Of a stretch of 64,000 nucleotides of DNA, positions 46,280 to 54,207 are shown piece by piece (within the stretch, counting starts at the first letter, position 1; each line of letters opens with the position of its first letter). Below the pieces are notes generated by a model that saw only the letters and a list, made by a program, of their open reading frames with translations, searched no databases and was not told the DNA's origin. A program made the position numbers and the translations under genes. Origin of the DNA: a virus (taxonomy: Duplodnaviria; Caudoviricetes); the IMG/VR virus record IMGVR_UViG_3300008255_000098; one strand, written 5' to 3'.

Positions 46280-46573
46280 ATGTCTAAGATTTCTAATAAT
46301 TGTTGCCCAACCCCATATGACGCTGAAAAGGTGTATGGAGCCCTGTGTGCGGTAGCTAGAGATTGGGAGTCAAAGAAAACTTCTAAAGCCTTCACAGGGC
46401 CTTCTGTGCCCATGCAGGAGTCGATTGTTCGCTTGCGTGACGGCGCAGCCGCAAGCGTCCTCCTTGAGGACTGGTCTGAGGTTAGAGCGCATATTGCGAG
46501 GCTCCCTATGGAAATTTTAGAAGATATCCCAGATTTTGCATGGAACGTCATTCACTTAGCTAATAGTAGATAA
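46280..46573 (+). CDS. hypothetical protein
   Basis: ORF with AGGAG RBS. Confidence 0.7.
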   Translation: MSKISNNCCPTPYDAEKVYGALCAVARDWESKKTSKAFTGPSVPMQESIVRLRDGAAASVLLEDWSEVRAHIARLPMEILEDIPDFAWNVIHLANSR

Positions 46574-46643
46574 ATATATGGCGACGTGCGTCGAAGATTT
46601 TACCAAATAACCTGTTCACATTAGAGAAAAAGGGTGTTATATT

Positions 46644-46949
46644 TTGGGGATGAGAAATATGAGTGAAATTGAAGAAATTGAGGCCGTAAGCTATAGAGAA
46701 GCTATCGAAGAGGCTTCAGTAATTTTACGGGAACTTTCTGCCGTAGTTGTTACATTCCCAGCATATGAAAGTATTGTGGACAAGCGGGAGGTTACAGAAT
46801 TTTTCCTTTTGGTCTCACAGATGCGCTCAGTTTCAAACAACCTAAGGGCGTGTAAAGCTACACTTGAAATGACATATGAACAAGTGGAGGCACAGAAGTC
46901 TGCCCGAGATGCATGGCTTAGAGAACTAATCGGGCCACAAGACGAATGA
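46644..46949 (+). CDS. hypothetical protein
   Basis: ORF after promoter. Confidence 0.65.
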   Translation: MGMRNMSEIEEIEAVSYREAIEEASVILRELSAVVVTFPAYESIVDKREVTEFFLLVSQMRSVSNNLRACKATLEMTYEQVEAQKSARDAWLRELIGPQDE

Positions 46950-47052
46950 TATGCTCGGTCTCAAGATGAGAATTTTTCTTCTTTCTTAACAAAAGAAAGG
47001 TTAGTTTTTATTTCTGGAACTTTATCAACGAAAATTAAAAACGCAAACAGGG

Positions 47053-47081
47053 TTTACAAAATTCGTTTTGCATACTATATT
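47053..47081 (+). promoter_or_regulatory. promoter for second RNA-gene cluster
   Basis: TTTACA-17 nt-TATATT. Confidence 0.55.
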
Positions 47082-47087
47082 TAGGGA

Positions 47088-47495
47088 ATAAGAGGAATTC
47101 AAAATCCTCCAAAAAGTTAAGAATCCTCCGAAAAAAAGTTATTGGGTTCAAAAATCATATCGAACCTGATATACCGAGAAATCAAAAGGAAGCAACATAG
47201 AAAGCATCCTTCACCTGCCTAAAAGATGGTGGGCTGGTCATAAGACCAAAAATAAATCTTCACATTGACAATCGAATATGACTTTATTTATTTTTCGGGA
47301 ATCACGCCGATGAGCGTGTTCTGGATAGGTGAAATTCCTATCATTCCCACCAATTTTTGTATGACATATTATTAGCGTGCTGAACATCGTGTAATACCCA
47401 AGCATTCTACCTTTGAAGAAAACCTTAGATAGTAGCAAGCGAGGTAGCAAGCGGTATACGACTTTGTAAAAACATGGCAATGACGTAGTCATGCA
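47088..47495 (+). ncRNA. large structured RNA candidate
   Basis: Nested helices GGTGGG/CCCACC, GGGAAT/ATTCCC, CACGC/GCGTG, GATAGG/CCTATC, GTATGAC/GTCATGC. Confidence 0.55.
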
Positions 47496-47502
47496 GAGAT
47501 AT

Positions 47503-47547
47503 CTGTGTGTAGCTCAGTCTGGCTCAGAGTGCTCGGTTCGGATCCGA
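47503..47547 (+). tRNA. tRNA-Pro(CGG) 5' half, interrupted
   Basis: CTGTGTG acceptor strand, D-arm and anticodon arm CTCGG-TTCGGAT-CCGA; matching 3' strand CACGCAG lies at 48091. Confidence 0.85.
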
Positions 47548-47581
47548 ATACAAAAATCCGATTTGTTGACATATTGACCTA

Positions 47582-48040
47582 ATGAAAGAATGCTATAGAT
47601 GTAAAAAAACTAAAACTGATTTAGAATTTAGTAAAAGTTCTTCACATAAAGATGGGTTGCATTCTTATTGTAAATTTTGTCAAAAAGAAATGGATCAACA
47701 ATATTGGCACAATAAGAAGAAAAATCCAAAAAGAATGAAACAAAGACGGCAACTTATCAAACAACGACTTGAAGAAGCACGAGAATATGTTTTTCAATAT
47801 TTATTACAACATCCTTGTAAGTGCGGTGAAACAAATCCATTGTTTCTTGAATTCGATCATCTTGGTAAAAAGAAACAATCAATTTCCGATATGGTTGGTT
47901 CAAAATTAGCTGTTGAATCTATTCGAAGAGAAATAGAACAATGTCAGGTCTTATGTATAAAATGTCATAGATTTAAAACTGCTAAAGAGTTTGATTGGTG
48001 GATTATTAAAAGATATAATAAGTTACAGGGTATGGCGTAA
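47582..48040 (+). CDS. HNH / EndoVII-like homing endonuclease
   Basis: CxxC..CxxC zinc finger; CGETNP..LEFDH; CQVLC..CHR.KT. Confidence 0.88.
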   Translation: MKECYRCKKTKTDLEFSKSSSHKDGLHSYCKFCQKEMDQQYWHNKKKNPKRMKQRRQLIKQRLEEAREYVFQYLLQHPCKCGETNPLFLEFDHLGKKKQSISDMVGSKLAVESIRREIEQCQVLCIKCHRFKTAKEFDWWIIKRYNKLQGMA

Positions 48041-48101
48041 TCTGGTAGCGTACCCCATTCGGATTGGGGAGGTTTGGGTTCAAATCCCTCCACGCAGACC
48101 A
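48026..48101 (+). tRNA. chimeric tRNA-Pro(CGG) with mispaired acceptor
   Basis: CCCCA-TTCGGAT-TGGGG arm; 5' CAGGGTA pairs at only 4 of 7 positions with 3' CACGCAG; ACCA end. Confidence 0.8.
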
Positions 48102-48110
48102 ACAAGTTTA

Positions 48111-48440
48111 GGGAAAAATGACATCCCTGGCCATAATATGGTAGGGAGAGTCTCCCGAGAATTTCTCAGTGGTATTATCCCATCGTCAAAACCACTTTAA
48201 TCAAACCTGTGAGGAAGGTATGCCGGACCTAAATCGGTGCATAACCGACGCCTTGAGAAAAGCGTCTATTGTTGTCAGTGACATTCTCTGTGGTTCGTCA
48301 CTTTAAATAAAATCTCACAAGAGGGCGTACCGAGCCCTAATCGGTGAAAAATGACATGTCGGGCCATAATACGGCACAATATCGACAGAACTGACAATTC
48401 TGTCCATCGTCTACATTCACACTTTGATAATGTGAATTGT
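48111..48440 (+). ncRNA. structured RNA with internal duplication (possibly GOLLD-like)
   Basis: GAAAAATGACAT....GGCCATAATA.GG at 48113 and 48346, each followed by CCATCGTC; many hairpins. Confidence 0.5.
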
Positions 48441-48448
48441 TGTTTTGT

Positions 48449-48538
48449 TGCGGGGATGAAGGCCGGTGGTAAGCCTCCGAAGTCTCATAAGCTTCGAACT
48501 TCTAAAGTGCGCAGGTTCGATTCCTGCTCCCGCACCCA
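48449..48538 (+). tRNA. tRNA-Met(CAT), initiator-like acceptor, long variable region
   Basis: TGCGGGG/TCCCGCA; loop CTCATAA; CCA. Confidence 0.85.
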
Positions 48539-48625
48539 AGACCACTGTGGAGTGAAAATAATATTATCATCACCATAACTTATGGTGGACCTAGGTTTAA
48601 GTCCTAGAAAGGGACATAAATTTTT

Positions 48626-48709
48626 GGAAGGTAAAGTAGCATCGGCGCTACCACCGCCTCGAAAGCGGATGGACGATAACACGTTGGGGTTCGATTCCTC
48701 TGTCTTCCG
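48626..48709 (+). tRNA. tRNA-Ser(CGA)
   Basis: Loop CTCGAAA; long variable arm; G73. Confidence 0.92.
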
Positions 48710-48989
48710 CAAATAGTAAATTATACCACTTTGGAACAAATAAAAGTTCGGTTTTCAAACGACTAATAGTCGTTTCACCCGTTGCCACTCAACCTCTCCC
48801 GCAAACATTAGGAAGTCAGGGCGAAAACTCAGGCTTACACTAAAAGTAACTGAATGGGAAACAATGTTACTACACTAAAGAAAGTGTAATATCAGGATGA
48901 TAGCATCAATGCTGTGAAGATTTCTTATAAAAGAAGAATTTTTGTGTACTATAGTTCATTACGGTTTAGTACCACAATTATAAAATAAT

Positions 48990-49081
48990 GGCGGTCATTC
49001 CCGGCGCTCGTCTGTAAAACGAGTGACACAAAACAAGTCGGGTTGGTTTGTCGAGTAGTTCGAATCTTCTGGTCGCCACCA
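48990..49081 (+). tRNA. tRNA-Tyr(GTA) lacking a D-arm, with very long variable region
   Basis: GGCGGTC/GGTCGCC; only 10 nt before CTCGT-CTGTAAA-ACGAG; about 29-nt variable region; ACCA. Confidence 0.8.
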
Positions 49082-49175
49082 AAAAATATTCGCTCAATGA
49101 TCGGTCGGACGGGGCCACTTCCGCTGGAAGTGTGGTTGCCATAATAATAGAAATATTATTTGGGTAGTGAATCAA

Positions 49176-49251
49176 GGGAAGGCATGTGCCAAGGGGGCGA
49201 GGACGCCTTGCAAGCGACCTGTGGTGAGTTCGATTCTCATCCTTTCCACCA
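49176..49251 (+). tRNA. tRNA-Ala(TGC)
   Basis: G3:U70; loop CTTGCAA; ACCA. Confidence 0.9.
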
Positions 49252-49281
49252 ACATACCAGAAACGAAAGAGACAAAAATAA

Positions 49282-49316
49282 CTGTCTGGTTCAGGAATTG
49301 AGTCGGACATTTTTTT
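49282..49316 (+). terminator. hairpin plus T-run identical (1 mismatch) to reRNA-like segment 18455-18482
   Basis: CTGTCTGGTTCAGGAA(T/C)TGAGTCGGACA followed by T7. Confidence 0.6.
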
Positions 49317-49323
49317 GGTATTT

Positions 49324-49398
49324 GCGGGCAATGCCGAAGTGGTGAGGCGCTAGGTTTCCACCCTGGAGTACGGAGTTCGACTCTCCGTGCCCGCTCCA
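49324..49398 (+). tRNA. tRNA-Gly(TCC), second copy
   Basis: CTAGG-TTTCCAC-CCTGG; TCCA. Confidence 0.95.
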
Positions 49399-49413
49399 AG
49401 CGTTATTTGTTAT

Positions 49414-49489
49414 CCTATATTGGTCTAACGGCACATGACACCCGACTGTCTCTCGGGAGAAAAGGGTTCGACTCCCTTATATAGGGCCA
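49414..49489 (+). tRNA. tRNA-Asp(GTC)
   Basis: CCCGA-CTGTCTC-TCGGG; GCCA. Confidence 0.92.
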
Positions 49490-49515
49490 TGCTTGATTGT
49501 GTTTTAACAAATTTT

Positions 49516-49588
49516 TGGGCTGTAACTCATCGGTCAGAGTGGGGTTCTTATAAAGCCTTGGTAGTGAGTTCAACTCTCACCAGCCCAA
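49516..49588 (+). tRNA. tRNA-Ile(TAT)
   Basis: GGGTT-CTTATAA-AGCCT; acceptor TGGGCTG/CAGCCCA; A73. Confidence 0.88.
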
Positions 49589-49617
49589 CCGAAAGGGAAA
49601 AGAAATATTACCCTATT

Positions 49618-49694
49618 GCTCCTATCGTCTAGCGGCTCAGGATACCAGATTTTCAATCTGGCTGACCCCGGTTCGAATCCGGGTGGGAGCACCA
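49618..49694 (+). tRNA. tRNA-Glu(TTC)
   Basis: CCAGA-TTTTCAA-TCTGG; ACCA. Confidence 0.93.
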
Positions 49695-49710
49695 AACAAA
49701 TAAGAATTAT

Positions 49711-49756
49711 ACCGGAGTAGTTTAGTGTAGGGTGGGTTCAACTCATTCCTCCGGTG
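49711..49756 (+). ncRNA. armless tRNA-like minihelix
   Basis: ACCGGAG/CTCCGGT stem, short linker starting TAG, T-arm with GGTTCAAC. Confidence 0.6.
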
Positions 49757-49865
49757 TCAGTTTATTTTTTTCTATCTAACAAAACAAATAAAGTCAAATA
49801 TTCGAATATCTCAAATAGGTTTACACCTCACCCAATTTCTGCTATTTTAGGGGCGTGGAAGATAC

Positions 49866-49949
49866 GGCCTCATGGTGAAATGGGAAACACACTTGGCTTA
49901 AAACCAAGCGTCTTCGGGCTTCCCGGTTCAAGTCCGGGTGAGGCTACCA
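49866..49949 (+). tRNA. tRNA-Leu(TAA)
   Basis: CTTGG-CTTAAAA-CCAAG; long variable arm; ACCA. Confidence 0.95.
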
Positions 49950-50119
49950 TAGTTCTCTATAAGGTGAGACAGAAAAAATATAAAACCCTTTCTAAAGAAT
50001 AGGTATATTTTTTGCAGCTTCACGTTAGAAGTTCTAATCAAGTTTAGTAACGGCGATATGTATGATATACTTAGGAAGAGCTAAAAACTCTATAACAAAA
50101 TATAACAAAAGGAAAATGA

Positions 50120-50380
50120 ATGTCAGAACATGTTGAGCTAGAAGGAGATATTGTTTCAAGTACCAAAGGTATTTATAAGGTATCACCCTTGTGCGATGAT
50201 GGTGCATATATGCAGACGCCAGATGGCAAAGATAAGACTATTATTTGTACAATTTCTGGAAAGCTCCGAAAGAACAAAATCCAACTTTTGCTTGGGGACC
50301 GAGTAAAAATCAAGGTAAGTCCGTTTGACCTAACCCGTGGGTTTATTGTCTTTCGTGTAAAGAAACTGCGTGTTGAATAA
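50120..50380 (+). CDS. infA: translation initiation factor IF-1
   Basis: ELEG.IV; CTISGKLRKNKIQLLLGDRVKIKVSPFDLTRG.IVFR. Confidence 0.93.
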   Translation: MSEHVELEGDIVSSTKGIYKVSPLCDDGAYMQTPDGKDKTIICTISGKLRKNKIQLLLGDRVKIKVSPFDLTRGFIVFRVKKLRVE

Positions 50381-50408
50381 TAATCTTTTTCCTTGAAAGG
50401 ATAGTAAC

Positions 50409-50924
50409 ATGGCTATCCCTCCTGACCTTAGTGACTTTTCAAAAGAAGAAATTAAGACTGCATTAGATGAGGTAAGATATCCATTTGAGATTGCAGTATT
50501 TAGTTCGGACAATTACCATAATTTTGGTGCCATTGTCCGAATTTCACATAATTTTCTGGCTAAAAAGATTCACATGGTGGATTTTGATGAGTTTTATAAA
50601 AAAGCAAGTATGGGTTGTCATAAGTGGGAAAATATTGAAAAGACATCCTTAGCAAGGTTTTTAGAGAACAACGCTGATAGAAATATTATTGCTTTTGAAT
50701 GTCGTCCAGGCTTACAGTCAACTGATATTAGGACGTTTGAATACCCTAAGAATCCAATTTTGTTTTTCGGCTCAGAAAAATTTGGCGTACCAGACCAAGT
50801 GTTACAGCAGGCAAAAGCAGTTGTTTCAATTCCAGTGTTCGGAGTTCATGTTGATTATAATCTAGCTGTTGCCGCAGGCATTGCAATGTATGATTTCGTG
50901 AACAAAATAACGGTAAATAAATGA
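50409..50924 (+). CDS. SpoU/TrmH-family RNA methyltransferase
   Basis: NFGAIVR, LFFGSEKFGVP, SIPVFG...YNLAVAAGIAMYD. Confidence 0.9.
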   Translation: MAIPPDLSDFSKEEIKTALDEVRYPFEIAVFSSDNYHNFGAIVRISHNFLAKKIHMVDFDEFYKKASMGCHKWENIEKTSLARFLENNADRNIIAFECRPGLQSTDIRTFEYPKNPILFFGSEKFGVPDQVLQQAKAVVSIPVFGVHVDYNLAVAAGIAMYDFVNKITVNK

Positions 50925-51316
50925 ACAATTTTGAGGTAGGAAAATTGTATAAATGTCCTAAGCGTTATTTGTTTATTTGTTCGGAAAAAAGTGCTATTGA
51001 ATTTCTTATAAAAGAATTTATTGAGAGACCGTGGACTAAAAACACAATTACCGCAGCTTTGATAGACTATTGGGATATCGAATACAATGGTGCAATTAAA
51101 CTTCACGATGGTATTGCATATTGGCGTGAGTATTGGGAAGGATATTTGGGATGTGACGTTTTTTGTAGTAAGCCACACGACGTTTTTATGGTTGTAGATA
51201 AGAAATTTCATTCTGCAACAAAATGTTTTTATACTAAAATTTTGTATAAAAATATACTAGGATGGATTATAACAAACGACACAGTAAAATTTGTAAATGT
51301 CACGCCGAAAATTTAG
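50921..51316 (+). CDS. hypothetical protein, GKLY family
   Basis: FEVGKLYKC..RYL; VFMVV; KILY.NILGWI. Confidence 0.75.
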   Translation: MNNFEVGKLYKCPKRYLFICSEKSAIEFLIKEFIERPWTKNTITAALIDYWDIEYNGAIKLHDGIAYWREYWEGYLGCDVFCSKPHDVFMVVDKKFHSATKCFYTKILYKNILGWIITNDTVKFVNVTPKI

Positions 51317-51319
51317 AAA

Positions 51320-51619
51320 ATGAAAATGAAAAACATAAAACAATCAAAAATAAATTTCCGTGATGCAGAGTGGGTGGATGACTGGAAAAATTTATATTTT
51401 GATGATAGCAAATTTTTAATTGAAAGTATGCACGTTGCACTAGAAGAGGTCAACAACAATTACCATGACAATTGGAGAATATATCTCATAGGTGATTTAG
51501 TTGCTCAAGAAAACTACGAAGGAAAAGTTAAAAATGGATGTTGTGGATTTTATGATAAAAAAATAGTTCATCCAAAATCCAAGAAAGAATATTGGGTTGG
51601 ATTCAATTATGGGCACTAA
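51320..51619 (+). CDS. hypothetical protein
   Basis: ORF; GCCG.YD motif. Confidence 0.7.
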   Translation: MKMKNIKQSKINFRDAEWVDDWKNLYFDDSKFLIESMHVALEEVNNNYHDNWRIYLIGDLVAQENYEGKVKNGCCGFYDKKIVHPKSKKEYWVGFNYGH

Positions 51620-51929
51620 CAAAATTCGAAATAGGAAAATTATATCATTCTAGTCACTGTTGGTAACTTACCAAACAATGGAAAGAGTATATGATATTTG
51701 TGAAGTTACCAGAATGTTTGGTCCAAGTTGTGCAAAAACTTTAGAAGCAACAACAACAATACATAAGGTAAAGCACTGGTCAGAGGAATTCAAAGAACCA
51801 GTTTACTCCAGCAAGCTTGAAGAGATTTTTTGGTGCTAAAATAGGTTGGATTTAGCATAAGAATTATAACACCATATATAAGTTGAATAAATACGAAGCC
51901 GTACAAAACAGGCTTTATAAAGGGATTTA

Positions 51930-52175
51930 ATGGATAGAGTATTTAGAATTAGTAAATTGACTGCTGCCTTTGAAAAAGAACGGTGGCATCTTAAAAAGAA
52001 ATATGTCTTGGATAATGAGGCTGACTATAAGCGCCTATGGAAGACGTATAAACGCTTAGTAGATAAATCTATTGGGAACACGATTTCAGTGCAAATTATT
52101 GGTGAAGAATTTGTAAATGGAGTTTGGATATTGTTAGAAACGTATCCAGAAAAATCACAAGACGGAAAAAAATAA
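51930..52175 (+). CDS. hypothetical protein
   Basis: ORF. Confidence 0.65.
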   Translation: MDRVFRISKLTAAFEKERWHLKKKYVLDNEADYKRLWKTYKRLVDKSIGNTISVQIIGEEFVNGVWILLETYPEKSQDGKK

Positions 52176-52176
52176 A

Positions 52177-52608
52177 ATGAAAAAAAATATGCCAATTAAA
52201 AAAGCAGCTTGTGTGCTTTTTATTAGCCCTAACGGAAAAGTTCTCACTGCCTCACGTAGGGGAAGACCAGATGATATTGGTCTTCCTGGGGGGAAGGTAG
52301 ACGAAGGCGAAGAAATTTGGGAAGCTGCTATTCGTGAATTTTACGAAGAAGTTGGAATAATGCTTACTAAAAACGATATTACAAAGTTTGTAACTAGAAG
52401 TGTTATGAATAAAATAGATACATTTGAAACAGAAACTTTTCTATGTCACGCAAGCAAACTTGATCATCCAATAGTGCTGAAAACTCCTTTTGAGAAAGAA
52501 AAAGGAATTCAAATTAAGTGGTCAAGTTGGGCTGAGTTAGTTGATAAAAAGAATTCTTTTGCAGCATATAATCAAATAGTGTTTAATCATTATATAACAA
52601 ATACTTAG
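52177..52608 (+). CDS. Nudix hydrolase
   Basis: GLPGGKVDEGEEIWEAAIREFYEEVG. Confidence 0.92.
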   Translation: MKKNMPIKKAACVLFISPNGKVLTASRRGRPDDIGLPGGKVDEGEEIWEAAIREFYEEVGIMLTKNDITKFVTRSVMNKIDTFETETFLCHASKLDHPIVLKTPFEKEKGIQIKWSSWAELVDKKNSFAAYNQIVFNHYITNT

Positions 52609-52612
52609 CATT

Positions 52613-53293
52613 ATGAACAACAACCCTCTTAAAGATATCATTAAACAAGAAGTATCGTGCGTAACAAAAGAATTTCTGACTGAAAGTTTCCGTGGGTTTC
52701 GTTTAACTGATTTTAAAAAACTTGATTCAAAAAAGAAAATGGCTGAATATGCTGAAAAATATTTGCCATTTCTTAACTCTGGCTCATCACGCTTAGTATT
52801 TGGACTCGGGTCAGGGAAAGTACTTAAAATCGCAATAGATGATTTTGAAGATAGTTTTGGGGTTCAACAAAATATAACTGAAGTAGAGCTTTTTACAAAA
52901 AATAAAGCAATCGGAAATTATATAACAAAAATTTATAGTTTTGATAATGAGAATTATTATTGGATAATCACCGAGGCAGTCAAAATTTTTGAAGACAATA
53001 AAGATATCTTGTCAAAGTTTACCATCCCAGAAGATTTTTTAGCATATTTCACTGATGCGTGTTATGAAAATTCTTCAACCAGAGCAGCACTGGAATCCCT
53101 AATACAATCAAAAAAAACAGACAAAGACTTGCGTGCCCTTTTTAAAGGCATAAAGCTGAATGACCTAGATAAAAAGTTACTAAGAGCGACCTTTATTGTA
53201 ATAAAACATGGCATTGTTGATGTCGAGAGTTATGGGCAATGGGGAATGACAATAGATGGACGAATAGTTTTAGCGGATTACGGGCTAGAATAA
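52613..53293 (+). CDS. protein-kinase-like protein
   Basis: SGSSRLVF, VLKIA, QN.TE, D...YGQWG, VLADYG. Confidence 0.7.
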   Translation: MNNNPLKDIIKQEVSCVTKEFLTESFRGFRLTDFKKLDSKKKMAEYAEKYLPFLNSGSSRLVFGLGSGKVLKIAIDDFEDSFGVQQNITEVELFTKNKAIGNYITKIYSFDNENYYWIITEAVKIFEDNKDILSKFTIPEDFLAYFTDACYENSSTRAALESLIQSKKTDKDLRALFKGIKLNDLDKKLLRATFIVIKHGIVDVESYGQWGMTIDGRIVLADYGLE

Positions 53294-53355
53294 GTTTAAA
53301 CTGTTGGAGAAATGTGTTATTCAATAAACGAACCTAAAACTAGAGCGGATTTATT

Positions 53356-53973
53356 ATGAAGCAATATCCAACAATTCCTGCCAAAAATAAAACGGGTGCT
53401 ACCCATTTTTGGGTATTTAACAAGCTTGATGGTTCAAATATTAGGGCTGAGTGGTCAAAAAACCGAGGGTTCTACAAATTCGGCTCCAGAAAACGGCTAC
53501 TTGGCACAGACCAAGGTTTAATTTCCAAGGCTTCCATGCTTGCGACAATACAAGAAGAGAAGTTTCGTGAAGTATTTAAGATAGCTAAGATCGACCGAGC
53601 AATTTGTTTTTTTGAATTTTTGGGTCCGAATTCCTTTGCGGGAAATCATGTTGATACAGATGAACATAGTTTAGTTTTATTTGATGTTGATGTGTATAAA
53701 CATGGACTATTAAATCCAGGCGAGTTTCTCAAAATTTTTGGTGAAAGTAATATTGAAATTCCAAAATTGTTACATTATGGAATAATCGACCAGAACATCG
53801 AGTCTCTCATCCATTCAGGAAGTCTTCCAGGGATGGGCTTTGAAGGCGTTGTATGCAAGGCCCGCCGCCCGAAAACATTTTCTGAGCCTATCATGTATAA
53901 GATTAAAAACCAAGCGTGGATTGACAAAGTGAAGGCCAATTTTGACAAATCAAAATGGGAAGAGTTGTTGTAA
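53356..53973 (+). CDS. RNA ligase-like nucleotidyltransferase
   Basis: KLDGSNIR, FFEF, LFDV, FEGVVCK, YKIK. Confidence 0.8.
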   Translation: MKQYPTIPAKNKTGATHFWVFNKLDGSNIRAEWSKNRGFYKFGSRKRLLGTDQGLISKASMLATIQEEKFREVFKIAKIDRAICFFEFLGPNSFAGNHVDTDEHSLVLFDVDVYKHGLLNPGEFLKIFGESNIEIPKLLHYGIIDQNIESLIHSGSLPGMGFEGVVCKARRPKTFSEPIMYKIKNQAWIDKVKANFDKSKWEELL

Positions 53974-54207
53974 AAAAGAAAGACATTACCAATTTAATAA
54001 TGGGACTTTCCAAGACTTTGTAGATATAACTTTTTTTTGGGAAACAAAACAAGTATTCGCTGTCCAGTAGATGGATTCAAAGTTCTATCAAATAATAATG
54101 TTTTTATTATCTACTCTAAGCATAAGGGCACAATCACCAAAAGGTGTAGAACCTCTACAAAAGTTAGCTCAATTATTAGATGAAACATTTAAACCTTTAT
54201 AAGCCAA

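Noticed and set aside
48180-48260. RNase P RNA, SRP RNA or twister ribozyme
   Set aside because: GAGGAAGGT and GCCGGACC only loosely resemble these cores; the RNase P P4 partner, the SRP GGAAGGAAGCAGC loop and twister pseudoknots are not found.
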